Assembly (NCBI GenBank): GCA_002269645.1
Contig: NIVC01000312.1
Coordinates: 124,001-188,000 of the forward strand
Source of the DNA: Macrostomum lignano
Lineage: Eukaryota
Length of the DNA stretch: 64,000 nucleotides
Direction of reading: 5' to 3'
Shown here: positions 51,746-64,000 of the stretch, in pieces
Numbering within the stretch: position 1 is the stretch's first letter
Layout of the letters: each line of letters begins with the position of its first letter
Made by a program: the position numbers and the translations under genes
Notes under the pieces: generated by a model
What the model was told of the DNA's origin: nothing
Seen by the model: only the letters and a program-made list of their open reading frames with translations
Databases searched by the model: none

Positions 51746-52195
51746 CTCATATAAGTTCTAAGCTTTCTATAAAATTCTTTAATAGCCTAGAAGGGTGGCT
51801 ATCTCTTTCACAACTAGGTAAGCATATAGGCTATGGCTAGAGAGGCCAATGACTGCTCTAATTTTTAGGTAAGGATTAACAAATAATAGTCTATAAGAAA
51901 AAATAATAATATATTTATAATAAAAGTCCTACTACTATAACTTTTAGTAACAATAGGCCTAAAACAGGTTTAGAGACTAGCTAAATAACATCAATAATAG
52001 TAAAGGCCTAGTAGGCCTATTATTATAGTATTTTGCAATATAGGCTAAGTTATAATTAAATAGGCCTATAAAGAGCTTTTCAATTCTTTGCAAATGTTTT
52101 TTTTCTTTTATTTATCATAGTTTTTCTTAGGCCTATCTTATTCATTTTATTATTTTGTATTATTCCTTAATATTTTTTATGATATAATATATATT

Positions 52196-52628
52196 GGCGA
52201 TTTTCCTCTTTCGTTCGTTAAATTATTTTTTCGACAGAAACAAGTTGTGACTACTGAGTAATGTCAGAAAACGACAGTAATGGGATGCTGGGACTTAAAT
52301 TTTTCTCGGACAGTTGGATGGAGTTGTTTAACTAAAGACAAACGGTAATGGTAAACGACATGTAACGACAGTAAACAACAACAATAGCTCATGCGAGAGT
52401 GGGAAGGGGAGCAAGGAGCGAGTGCAAGCTGCTGCCTATACTCTGCCATGAACCGAGTAGGTGAGTAGTGCCATAGACATGTGTCAGCAGCAACCCCATG
52501 TCCTTTCCACTACTGCCACATCATTTTTTCAATAGGCATAATTTCAAATGCTGCCACGTCACTTTTTCGCGTCTACGCACCGATTCAAATTGAAAAAATA
52601 ATTTAACGAACGAAAGAGGAAAATCGCC
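52196..52628. mobile_element. MITE of about 433 bp with 37-bp perfect TIRs, in a TA-rich site (Tc1/mariner-like or unclassified)
   Basis: GGCGATTTTCCTCTTTCGTTCGTTAAATTATTTTTTC (52196-52232) is the reverse complement of 52592-52628. Both flanks are ATATAT-like. Confidence 0.88.
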
Positions 52629-53225
52629 TATATATTTCTAGGCTACTCTAAGCAACCTAAAATAATTACTAACTTACTAATACTAGGCTCTAATATAAGG
52701 TAGGCCTAGCATTGAAAATTCAAAGATAGGCTTTATCTCTTATTAATTGGCTCAAACAGTAAAAGGCATCTTGACATCTTTGCATATTTTTTAAGATTGC
52801 ATAGGGCCTAATATAAATAGGGCCTAGGCTTAAGAATAAGAACGAGCTAGTCTGATTGCCTGCTTTAACATAAAATAAACACTACATAAATACGTCATAC
52901 ATAGCTCAGGAATACTGAAGAGATAGCCAAATAAGCGTGGCTAAGTTTGCTAATCAGCTGTAATGTTTAGTCCACTTTGCTTTAATTGATGCCTTGTATA
53001 AACTATTTGAGTTGCAGTTTCAGAATTCAGTTTCAGTTTAGCATAAAATAATGCGCAGCATGCAAACAGCTCCCGCCTGGCGGCGCGAAAGATGGATACA
53101 CGATATTTAACGATACTGCAGTTACTTAAATTGCTGCCAAATGTAGCATCGTCGATAAATCTTATTTAATCGTTTTAAATCTTAAAATGCAACAATAACT
53201 TTTCAAAAAAAACAAAAAAGAAGTT

Positions 53226-53487
53226 GAGGCTCTTCACGGCAATCGATTCCAGAACCAGAATCGGTTCGGATTTCCAAGAAAAAAAGCAGTATAACTTTTT
53301 AACTTTGTTGAATGTTTGACTGCCTTAACAGCCTCACTCTGCACAATTTTTCACTTTCTTCTTGGCTATTGCCATCCAATAATCACAATTTTAAAGCACT
53401 AAAATCCCTCTAGTTTAGGAGACAAAAAGTTATACTTTACAAATTGGTTCTGGTTCTAGAACCAGAACAAGCAATATGAAGAGCCTC
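53226..53487. mobile_element. MITE copy 1 (about 262 bp, TIR GAGGCTCTTCA), PIF/Harbinger-like
   Basis: Terminal inverted repeat plus subterminal CCAGAACCAGAA/TTCTGGTTCT; homologous to copy 2 along its length. Confidence 0.8.
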
Positions 53488-53490
53488 AAT

Positions 53491-53750
53491 GGGCCTTTTC
53501 ATATTACCAATTCCAGAACCAGAATCGGCTCGGAATTCCAAGAAAAACAGCAGTATAACTATTAAACTCTGTTAATATTTGACTGCACTGACAACCTAAC
53601 TTGGCACAATTTTTCACTTTCTCCTTGGCGATTGTCATTCAATAATAAAAACTTTATAGCACGTATCTCCCTCTAGTTATGGAGACAAAAAGTTATACTT
53701 CACAAATTGGTTCTGGTTCTGGAACCAGAGCAAGCAAAATGAAAAGGCCC
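53491..53750. mobile_element. MITE copy 2 (260 bp, 12-bp TIR GGGCCTTTTCAT, 3-bp TSD AAT), PIF/Harbinger-like
   Basis: AAT|GGGCC...GGCCC|AAT. GGGCC-initiated TIRs and a 3-bp TSD are typical of PIF/Harbinger. Confidence 0.85.
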
Positions 53751-53879
53751 AATGGTGCAGTATAAACCGAATGCGTTTTATGTATAGGCTCTTACGTATG
53801 GGTTCATTTTTTAAAAACTTAAATTAATTTCAGCTGATAAATTTAAGCTAGGTATATATAGCTCCTATTTACTAGGGCC

Positions 53880-55290
53880 TATATGCAAGCAGCATGGATC
53901 TTTCTATTATTGGCCACGTAGAGGGGAAGCCCCTTGCGCGCACGCGCTCGCAGAACAACAGGTGGGAGGGACAGGCAGCAGCAGCCTGAGGGGTCCGCGC
54001 AAGCGCTTGCAAGTCAGCGATGAGGCAGTCCGTTAGAGTGGCAGTGCGCGGGCCTGGCCGCGGCGCAATTGCTCGGTCGGCTGGTGCAGCAGCAGGGCCT
54101 GCAGGGCCAGAGGGACGGGCACACCGCGGCCCAGGGTCCGTAGGCATGTGGCCCAACAGCATCTGACGGTGCCGGCGCAGGGTGGCGCTCTGGGGCGGAG
54201 TTCCACCCGGCCATCAGAGCGTTAGTCGACAGGCGCTCCGGGTAGTGCACGCCCAGCGCGTAGCACAGCGGCGATCGGTAGAGCGCGTCCAAGGGCTCGC
54301 TCTCGCGTCTCGGTCAGCGGCACAGGAGGACCGTACGGCCGCGCGGAACAGACACACCTTCAGGTCATCTGTCAAAGACAATCGCATCTCGTTTCATCAC
54401 CAGGGCGCCAAGGTACGGAGTCCTCGCACACCGCGATGCCGTCTCCATTGGCAGCGTGAGAGTTAGATCGGTATTTGTCCCTACATGCAGCGCCTCCGTC
54501 TTGCGAGCGTTCACACAGCAGCCCAACAGGGGCACCCTCGTCGCAAAGCCTCGTCGCAAAGCCTTGCGCGCTGGCGCTGGGAAGTGCTGGATCGTGGCAG
54601 AGCAGCACGCGATGTCGACAGCATACAGTACGTACGAGCCTGGGCTTCCTACCAGTCATCTAGTTGATATAGCTCTCCAGGCAACACTATGGCAGTGGCG
54701 AGTAGGATTTCGCTCACAGCCTCTTTCGATGATCACTTCAGTCCGCTGGGCGTAGATGCGCTGCAGCTCGTCCCTGGCAGCACTGGCCTGGTCGCTGTGA
54801 TGGCCGTGGAGTGCAGCAGTGCTCTGCACATGTCGCCTTGCCTGGGAGACGATGAGATCCGCGCCGGTCCTGCAGGGCCTTCAAATGGTTTTCCTGTCTC
54901 CGTGGGAGAAGCGCTGCAGCATCCTCGACGGCGTGATGGAGAGACTCGAGGACTCTCCATACAGATCAAAGTCGCATGCCACCTCCAGGCGGTGATCAGA
55001 TTGAACGCAGTCGGGGCGGATGTTGAGGACTCTGCGCACCCTGGACCGAGCAGTTGGGCAGAGAATCCAGTCCAGCCGAGTGGCTCGCCCGCCCGTTGGG
55101 GCCAAAAGAAAGTTGGAAGCTTGCTGAAACGTTGTCGCATGGTGCCATTGACAGCCATCAGATCTCTATAGCTGGCCTCGATAAAACTGGATAGGAAAGG
55201 TGAGTTGGCATTGGGGATGCCACAGCTGTTCTTCACAAGGCGGCCGTCGGCTGGCAATCGCGAGTAATGTATAGCAAAATATACCAAAAT
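53880..55290 (-). mobile_element. Degenerate, internally deleted RTE-clade non-LTR retrotransposon (endonuclease C-terminal half plus RT remnants)
   Basis: PNANSPFLSSF, TRLDWIL..SDHRL (APE motifs), VNARKTE, YLG, LKVCLFRAAV, spread across frameshifted ORFs. Confidence 0.8.
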
Positions 55291-56365
55291 AATGTAGAGT
55301 GTCTTTGGCTTTATCTATTTATAAACCTATTTCTATCGATAAGTGCCTTTTTACTCTATCTATTGATAAGCCTCTCACTGTTGGAGAGATTACTTTGAGT
55401 ACTTTCGTCCTTTATTTTTCAACGCACAATGGAACAGTCTCTCTCCGACATGAAGCGCGTTTTGATCTACCAGGATGATGTGTTGGTTTTTGCTGAAAAC
55501 TCTGACTCCTTGCGCAAGTGCTTGCGCGCCGTGAAAACTAGGCTAGCCGAGAAACACGTCACAATCATGAAGCCAAGTGCGTTGAGGAGACCGATGAAAT
55601 TTCTTTTCTGGGTTTCCAAATTTCCGCGGCCATACAACCGACTTGTGGAGAAAATCAGACGCATCGCGGTCCCAGTAGACAAAAAGGAGCTATAGAGCAT
55701 TTCCTTTGGCTTGGTAAATTTTTTCGGCAGGCTCATCCCCAACTTTGCCGGCAAAGCAAAGCCGCTGAACGAGCTACGGCGGGACAACGTCGCATTTGAG
55801 TGGACGGATGCCTGCAATCGAGCGTTTGAAGCACTTAAGCAAGAGTTCACGTCGCAGCCTGCGGTGCAGCCTTATTCCCTGGAGAAGGAGGTCACCATCA
55901 CAACTGACGCCCCCAAAGGTGCCCTTGCTGGTGTAGTGACTCAGAATGGCCACCCTGTAATCTGCATTTTCAGAAGCCTCTCTAAGTCCGAGCAGAATTA
56001 TTCAAACAACGAAAGGGAAGCGCTTGCTAGCCATCATCTGGGCAGTTAGACGACTGAGGCACTATTTACTTGGGAGGCAGTTCACGATCAACACTGAACA
56101 CATCCGCTCGAATTTCTCGGTGGCCATGAAAATGATGGAATTTGACTACCTCATCAACTACATACCTGGCAGAAATATTCCGCACGCAGATCCCTTATCT
56201 CGCTTGCGATTCGATTGTCAACCCACAGGATGTCTCTGACGCAATAAACTGCGTCGCATTCGAGTCCCCGATCATTGACCGCCACCGCATCCTATCAGAG
56301 TTAGAAATTGACACTTTCATTCAAAAAGTCATCAAGCTCGGGACACTGGCCTCAGTGTACACAAT

Positions 56366-57570
56366 GTAGAGATCTCCAAGCATAGTAGCCTACTAAAAGT
56401 AGCAAGATAAAAACATGAATACTATTTAAAACTAACATGCGTCATACTCTATTTTCAGTAATGCATGCAATATCACGTAAACAGCGAGTGATCGTTACAT
56501 AGTCCAAAAACCGGTTTTCAACCTAAATTTCCAAATATGGTAAAGGTCAAGTTAAATGCGATCTAGGCTTCACCCCTTTCTATGTAAAACCCCACCGGTC
56601 AAGAGACAAAGTCCATCTTTTGATTCTTATCAATAAAACCAGTTTGAAGCTCAAGGTCGAATGAAATCGTGTATAAATACAAGCAAAAATCCGAGCTGAA
56701 ACCTCAGACTCGGAGCAGCCTTAAGAGATCTTAGGCTTAGCCAGAGTTACTAAGCAAGGCTATATCTCTGAGAGAGACAAACACCAATTGGTAAGCCTTT
56801 GTTAGAGTCTTTGTTATTTGAAGTCTTTGTTATTCGATTATTGGGAGCTGTGTCATTGCCGGCCGTTACTGATAAGTCGATTTATTGAGTTATTGAATTT
56901 GAGGCCTCCCTATTCCTAAGGGATTGGATAGGATCTGCGGACCGATTCCGATACTCTTAGTCGATTACTGACTGATTGATTTTGGTACCCTAGAGTAACC
57001 GATAGGAGCAAACGACTCAGATTCCGTTATTTCTAGAAGAAGACGCCCTTTCGGAGGACCTCGTTATTGTTATAGAGTTGACTTTGTTATTAGGGCGCAT
57101 CTCTGCACTCGAGGAATATATTGATTTCTGCACTCGAGGAATATATCGATTTCTGCACTCGAGGAATATATTGGTTTCTGCACTCGAGGAATATACTGAC
57201 GTCGACGGACTAAGTTATTAAGCTCTCATATTCGGCCGATTCTATAATTCAAGAAGACTACTCCGGAGGAAGAATATTTGAAGAGACGAGCTCGGAGAAC
57301 CTGCTCGACAAAGAAGAGGAGCCCGCATCAGTAAGTGAACACTGAACTTGTTCCCAGGCTTGAGGTCTGGAAGTGGGAGTTCGTGCGTTTAGACACTAGA
57401 TTAATTTCTCTCTCTCTTCTCTTTCTCTCTCTCTCTTTCCCTCTCTCTCTCTCTCTCTAGTGTGCTAAAGCGAACTCTTCAACAAGCCGAAATGCCGTTC
57501 AAAAAAGTGACTGACTCTGACGGTAGAAGATGGCTTGCTGTTCAAGGTTTTCATTTCAGTCTGTTGTACT
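56366..57570 (+). mobile_element. Unidentified insertion inside the Gypsy pol (promoter-like region, 25-bp repeat x4, GT-AG intron, short ATG ORF)
   Basis: Gypsy homology stops at about 56365. TATAAATA at about 56673, TCTGCACTCGAGGAATATATTGATT repeats at about 57100-57200, donor gtaagt at about 57331, CT tract plus AG at about 57460, then MPFKKVTDSDGRRWLAVQGFHF. Confidence 0.4.
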
Positions 57571-57599
57571 CGTGACTCTCAGGAAGGGTGCACCTACGA

Positions 57600-58050
<451 letters not shown>

Positions 58051-59652
58051 GAGTGCGGCAAACCAAAACAACCACGGGCCGGCAGCCACCCGCCCCGGCC
58101 GCGCCTAAAAAGGCCACGACCCCCCCCCCGGGGCCGGGGGCTCCCCCCCCCGCCCCACCCCCCGCCCCCCCCGGCCCAGCCACCCACCGGCCAATCACGG
58201 CGCAGCTGGGGGAGGACAGCCCGGGAGGAGGGCCAAACAGGGCGGCCCAGCCAACCAGCGCGCAGACAACCCCAAAGGGCTAAGCGGCTAACACCGCTGA
58301 GCCTTTCACACCAAAAACAAATACGGAGCAGAGTGCACTTTAGCAGTGCAAGCGCACGGGCAAAAAAAACATAGTACAAAAACAAATACAGTATGCCGTG
58401 TGGGGGGCAGAGTGAACTTTGGCAGGGCAAGCGCACGGGCACAACAAGTCGCAAGGTTTTCATTCCTCCCAGACTTAGGAAAGAAGCTTTTATGGCAGCT
58501 CATGACACTCACTCAGGATATCTTGCTACGTACAATATCATAATCCTCTCATGCTGGTGGCCATACATGCGCTCAGACATTGAGCAGTTTGTTCACAGTT
58601 GTTCAGCCTGCTGCCTAAAATCAAGAGACAGCTGGCCATCTGCAGAATTCCCATTCCAAAAGCTACAGATGGATTGGGCTTTCGTTAAAGATGTTGGAAA
58701 TATTCTCATTGTAGTAGATTCGTTTTCCGGATGGATTGAGGCGATTCCGTTAAAGACAGATCCACCGAATGTATCATTCGCTCTCTGCATGCGTACTGTC
58801 TTTACGCGTTTTGTAGTGCCGGAGCTGCTAGTATGCCCCCAAATTTACCAGCGATTCTTCTGGCTAAAGATTAGTGGAATAAAAAACCTTGAATCCCCAA
58901 ACTGTCAAAAGTTAAAACTGTGAAACGGGGATTGGACTTGGACCGAACTTGGACCGATTCGGTCCAAAGCTTGGACCTAAAGGATTACTGATGTCGATTT
59001 TGTTCCTTTCCTGCAGCGTGTGCTGTTCCACCAAAGAATATCGTCGCTCCACCGAGGGCGAAGCCCGGCAGAACTCGTGTTTCGTTGTCGGCTCCGTGTT
59101 CCGGTGGAGTCAACGTTCGATCAGGGCGAAAAGGTTGCCTACAGACCAACATCTGACGCCTCAACATCAACCGCATAGTTTCTAATGCTCAAAGGCAGCA
59201 ATACGTCCCGGATTCTGGACAATGACTCTACGCTAGGCCTCTCATGCAGGCGCAAACTTGCCCTGATAGCCGCTAGTGCTGGAGAATTCTGATGACGAGA
59301 GCCTGAATCAGCCACACGATGCACCTGCCAATCAAGCAATTCCAACCCCTGATGGCAGTCCTGGGCCACAAGAGCAAGCTTCTGCGATTGAGGACAGTCC
59401 TGGTGGTACACGCAAAGGCACTCACACTCGACGCCCACCTAAACGATACACTCCGTGACAGCAAAATACCACTGTTGATTATCCTACCATCAACAATCAA
59501 TACGAACTCAGTGTTTGCAGTTTTGACAATATTTCTGTTGATTGCTCCGTTGTGTGCGCCGTGAAATCTACTGCATAAATGTTGCTCTAATATCTATTGC
59601 TTCCATGCAGCTTCCATGCAATTTACAGTATGCCTTTTTCTCAAGGAGGACA

Positions 59653-59874
59653 TGTTAGTGTGTGTTCAAGCCCAAGCATTCTACTATATGCATTCTGTTG
59701 TATTCTACGCTCGTATGTTCCAAATCCCGCGTTGCCAAAGTCCACTTGCTGTAATACCAGCTTCCCCTCGGTTTCAAATAAAAAGCTTTTGCCTGGCTAC
59801 GATGATTAGCCATCTGCGAATAATATACATGAATTAAGTTTCCTGCACAACCAATGCATTCTACGGTCACAACA
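59653..59874 (+). mobile_element. 3' LTR of the Gypsy element (about 222 bp, TGTT...AACA)
   Basis: Purine tract AAGGAGGA just upstream, TGTTAG start, AATAAA inside, ACAACA end. Confidence 0.7.
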
Positions 59875-60717
59875 GGTTCCTTGTGTATATGTCTTAAAAT
59901 CGAGATTATTACCAAAAAGTACTATTTTGATTTCGTATTGAAATCCCACACATTTTTTGTGATTTTGTACTAGCTTGGAGACTTCACTTTCTGCCTTAAA
60001 TATATGCGAATAACATACTTTGCTTTTATTTAATTAAGCAACCCAGTCTTTAGATAACTATTAAAAAGTAAAATATAGTAAAGAAACACTAGATAAAAAG
60101 TTTGTTGATATGTTGATATGTGCTAGGGAGGGCTTCTCTGTTGCGTAAATAATCACACCGCTGTTACCAAGTTGTCGTAGGGGAATTTTAATATTTCCTA
60201 TATACTTATCCCACTGCGCAACCAAGCTGTCCCAGGGTGTTTCGCAAACTTTGCTTATTCAGTTCATTTGTTAGGCAGACAGTCTCGAACCAAAACGGTC
60301 GCCTCTCAATGCGCAGAATTCACTTCTAATTTATACTATAACCGAGGAAGGGCGCATTTAAACAAAGGTTAGAAAACGTGGTCACTAAAAAACGGCGGGA
60401 ATTTAAAATGACCCCTCTCTCAGATATAAATTGTACATTAGAGTGACAGCAAAATACAGCATAAAGACACTGATATACAGCAAAAAAATTCTGAGTTACT
60501 TAGCTCGTACTAGATTCATACTTTTAATTGAGAAATACTAAACTTGTGCTCTTTCTATGCAGTCGATTCTTTTTTAATTAATTTAACTAATGAAGTCCGC
60601 ATTACGTACTTTATCCAGGTAACGTTTCGCGTCGTAAAGTGTTTGTTCTCAAAAAAGATCATAAGAAAATTTTGTTGATATATTCATTCATTGCAACGTA
60701 TCAAAGACTCGCGAATA

Positions 60718-62482
60718 TCACTTTCTGACATGAAATAGTGCCGTCAGTGGTGATGGCCCGCCGGTTCGTTTAAACACTCGAACATCGTTTTGTCGCTTGC
60801 CGAACCTGAAGCAGTTCTGAAGCAAAACGTTTAAATTTGAATTGTCATCCACACTGATGGAAGCCGTCGGCAAAGTGTCATTCACGAACATTCCCCACGA
60901 GTCAGTTGTTGGAGTCGATGTGAAGCCGATGTTCACCCACTCGTTGGCGTTCGAAGTCAGCGCAGTTGTAGAAGTTTGATAACGTGTGGGAGCGGCACCA
61001 GCTTCGGTTTTGAACACAACATAGGGTGTAGAAGGAATGTCGTACGAGCCCTCCCAGATACGGTGGTAGAATGGTCCGGTTTCGAAGTCAGAGCAGTTTA
61101 GAAAATCGAAGAAGATCTGCACCTGCGGCTGTCGCTTCATCCTGAGCAGCACCGTGACGCCTGTGCCGAACCCGATGTCGCTCTTGTTCATGGCCAGAAA
61201 CGAGCTGCTCCCATCGAACGCGGCGCCCTCCTCTGTCCACTGGACTCCGACCGGATAAATTCGGTTGGTCTCTTCGTCAGCCTGGCACACGACATTCTCA
61301 AATGCAGACATGTCGTCTCCGAGCCACACGTTTGTGAGCTTCGGGTTGAGCTGAGCCGGATATTTGATCGGAAATCGGATGAGCACTCGGCAGTCGCTGC
61401 TCGCACCGCCAGAGACAAGGTCGCGACACACGGACTGGTAGCACTGCAGCATGCAGGCGACCGATGCGATTCCATCCGGCATTCTCGTTGCCCAGTTCGA
61501 GCCGGCCTCTCTCCGCTGCAGTCTCTTCCGCTACCAGTCCGTGTGTCGCGACCTTGTCTCTGGCGGTGCGAGCAGCGACTGCCGAGTGCTCATCCGATTT
61601 CCGATCAAATATCCGGCTGTCTTTCCTGGCAAAGGAGGCGTGTCTCAGGCGCTCAGATGGGAACCTGATGTCCAGCAGCGCTCTGGATGCGGCGGGCGAG
61701 AGCAGGAAGCCGATGCCTCTGGGGAGTGGCTGGGGCAGCCTTGAACTATCAGCTTAGGCTCAGATCCACAGTCTCTTCAGAGTTCTGCCGCCGATGTTCC
61801 AGGATGGAGATGTTGAGGTCGGCCTTGTCAGCTCCTGCTATCTCCATGTCTGACTGAGAGTGCGGGCATTGAAGGTGGCGACTTGTCTATTTCTTGGCTC
61901 TGCTTGTGCGTGCATTGCGGGTGGGGAGTTGGGTGGAAGCACTGGCCCTCGAGGCTCCGGTTGAGCGACGGCCGGAGGTGAGCAACGTACTAAACTCCGA
62001 CGCAAGGCTTGAAAATTAAATAGCCAGCTGAAAATTAACTATGAGTGTGTGCCTGCGTACAGTATTATTTCACGTTTGTATGGCTCTCATCTCCGGGAAG
62101 CAGCATGGCTAACTAATATTGTTTTACTGTACACATGTACATTTCGTTTCGTAATGGCCACGTATATGATCAGGATTTGGTATTAAAGGCTTAAAATTGT
62201 CCTTGCCGATTCAGACTACAGTACTTTTATTATCGTATTTAGTTAGCAATGTAAACACAGAAGAGTGTAATCTAATGCTTTTCCGTCAGAATTATGCGCA
62301 GTGCTTCTCAAATCGTCTAAGTGTGCCTCGTGCAGTGCTCAAGGCATTAACTGTATATTATATAGCGGTGCAAGCGTGCCAACGCAGAGGCTCACATTCT
62401 TGCCACTAGCTGAGCTAGGAAAAAGAGAGTACATTAATGTTAAGAAGCAGGGGTAGATTGTGCATTTGAGCAAAAAAGCCAT
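60718..62482 (-). CDS. Putative secreted PAN-like plus LamG/concanavalin-fold protein (main exon 61515-60718; candidate signal-peptide exon 62482-62396); may be a pseudogene
   Basis: SVACMLQCYQSVC..SDCRV is PAN-like Cys spacing. AFDGSSSFL, VTVLLRMK, NEWVNIGFT and MFVND are LamG-like strands. Exon 1 MAFLLKCTIYPCFLTLMYSLFPSSASGKN|gtgagc is phase 0, but the acceptor ctgcag lacks a pyrimidine tract. Confidence 0.55.
61354..61618. repeat. Perfect 89-bp inverted repeat (61354-61442 / 61530-61618) with an 87-nt spacer
   Basis: The arms read as exact reverse complements. ACTGCAGC/GCTGCAGT extends the stem inside the loop. Confidence 0.95.
61620..61990 (-). mobile_element. 5' fragment of an RTE-clade LINE (endonuclease N-terminus), decayed
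   Basis: VATFNARTLSQTW, ILEHRR and GIGFLLSPAASRALLDIRFPSERL motifs with stops and frameshifts. Confidence 0.75.
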
Positions 62483-62649
62483 TTGGTTTCCAGTACTCAT
62501 AGCTATAATATACCTGTCACCTTTTGCTGCAGTTGCTAAGGTGAAAAGACAGCCATAGACAGACAGACTGAGAAGCAGCACAAAAGAAAGAGAATTCAGG
62601 CCGAAAGGAGCAGATAAAGCAAGAGCTGGTTATTTCGCAGCAGCCCACT

Positions 62650-63450
62650 ATGCTACATCATCAGCGCCGGCAGTCACCACCTTCGTCAGCCGCAGCTGAT
62701 GACGAGCCGAAGCCGGCGCCAGTAGCCGCCGAGCCCGAGCCGGTGGACATATTTCTAACCCACGTGCCGGCCAATCTGCGAGCCAAATTCGGCAAGGCGC
62801 ACTGCCGAGCTCTGCTTGCCGATCAAGACGAAGTGCAGCAAGCCTGGAATCGCCTACTAGCCGATGGTTCGCCATTAGCATCAACTCGAAGTCCACCGCA
62901 GCGATTGCCGCCACTACACGATGACAGGCGGCAGAAGCAATTCCAGCAGGAACAGCAACAAAAACAGTCCATAGACTGGTACTCCGCGCTCAGCGAGCAG
63001 TTCAACTCGGACTACTCACCGGGAGTGACAAACACCAGGCGGCTCGGTCACAACCGAGAGACTCACGGCGGTGCAGTGTTCGGTCCAGAGGCCGGTGCCT
63101 ACAACGAAGACAACTGGAGACGGCCGCACCGGCTGCGCAAGGACGAATTCTCTGCCTACAACGAGATCGTTCATGTTGAGCGAAAGTTCAACAACCAGTG
63201 GCAGACTGAGCAGCAGGCGGCGGCGGCGGCGCCAACGATGAAACCGGTGCAGCGTCAGCCGCCACCACATCCACCGTCCGTCGTCAAGTCACAGCAGCAG
63301 CAGCAACAACCGCTTCAACCTTCGGCTTCAATTCTTTCGAATAACAGCAGCGACAAGGCACACGTAGCCAAACACGTGACCATTGAGGACCAAGCTGGAC
63401 CGGGAGACAAGCTTCAAAGGGCAAACACTGTGCAGCGGAGTGAACAATGA
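62650..63450 (+). CDS. 266-aa ORF with a TEX33/CIMIP4-like motif and Q/P/A-rich low-complexity parts
   Basis: Long GC-rich ORF with an acceptor-like ttcgcag 10 nt upstream. VPANLRAKFGKAHCRALLADQDEVQQA resembles [26 protein letters not shown] of TEX33 as I recall it. Confidence 0.55.
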   Translation: MLHHQRRQSPPSSAAADDEPKPAPVAAEPEPVDIFLTHVPANLRAKFGKAHCRALLADQDEVQQAWNRLLADGSPLASTRSPPQRLPPLHDDRRQKQFQQEQQQKQSIDWYSALSEQFNSDYSPGVTNTRRLGHNRETHGGAVFGPEAGAYNEDNWRRPHRLRKDEFSAYNEIVHVERKFNNQWQTEQQAAAAAPTMKPVQRQPPPHPPSVVKSQQQQQQPLQPSASILSNNSSDKAHVAKHVTIEDQAGPGDKLQRANTVQRSEQ

Positions 63451-64000
63451 AATTCGAGTTATCTTGGCCATTAGTTATAAAGAATTTGGAAAAACTTAAT
63501 AGAAACACGAATATGTTGTACATGACCGAAAATCGAAATAAAACCTTTTCACGCTAGCTCGTTAACTTTACTAAAGTTTATTTTTAACCATCAAAGACCA
63601 ACATTTTCGTAAGCCAAATGACAGCATATGGTTTGATCTCAAAATTCCGAAAACGTTATTAATACGCATGCATCTGATTCTACTATAAATGTATCAACAG
63701 TGTAATTAGTTGGTGTAGCTATCGCTATATACGGTGTAGCTCAACTCTAAGGACACCCTTGGTGGCAAGCTAACTGTTGAAGATTGGGCGTCAACCAACA
63801 ACAAAAAAGTAGTATCGTACAATATTAATGATAAAAATTGATTACACCTGCATTCCTAATGGGCAGATGTGCAACCGACAGCTCAGTCGCAGCTATTGGG
63901 CGGCGCATCTGAAGGCTGCATACGGCTGTTCAGTCCAAGGACTGGGGGGTCGCCACACACACCCTCAATTACCCCAGCTAATGCTGGTACCCATTTTACA

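Noticed and set aside
56770-57005. TGG-initiated motifs (TGGTAAGCC at about 56788, TGGTACCCTAGAG at about 56982) as PBSs
   Set aside because: Their complements do not fit a tRNA acceptor/T-stem pattern, and neither directly follows a clear LTR-terminal CA.
62197-62409. Plus-strand ORF that looks like a secreted Cys peptide
   Set aside because: It has no in-frame ATG (TTG start after a stop) and overlaps a better minus-strand signal exon.
63930-64000. SINE-like motif GCTGGTACCCATTTTACA at the window edge
   Set aside because: Truncated by the window boundary and too short to classify.

Overview
Eukaryotic, intron-rich animal DNA. GC-rich exons are separated by introns and spacers packed with mini- and microsatellites; the style suggests a free-living flatworm such as Macrostomum (inference only). 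Most long ORFs in the supplied track are translation artefacts of tandem repeats. Genes I could rebuild by hand from GT-AG splice sites with consistent phase: COA6; two tandem tetraspanin paralogues; a two-exon neuropeptide precursor ending KR-CRIGRTACML-G-stop; a RING/coiled-coil (TRIM-like) gene; a syntaxin-6-like gene with no recognisable SNARE motif; a small secreted Cys peptide; a CNTD1/COSA-1-like cyclin; KCTD3/SHKBP1; a PAN-like/LamG protein overlapped by a perfect 89-bp inverted duplication; and a TEX33-like ORF. From about 50.5 to 62 kb there is a cluster of nested mobile-element remnants: MITEs, an RTE-type LINE in two pieces, and a Ty3/Gypsy pol with its 3' LTR. The most unusual signal is at about 51.08-51.41 kb. 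Six regularly spaced (50-60 bp) units each read [LTR-end-like ..ACA]-[3-7 nt]-[tRNA-Leu primer-binding-site-like 18-mer] and are separated by different 19-25 nt purine-rich spacers, giving a CRISPR-like array of LTR-end/PBS junctions. No rRNA, tRNA gene or true CRISPR array was found.
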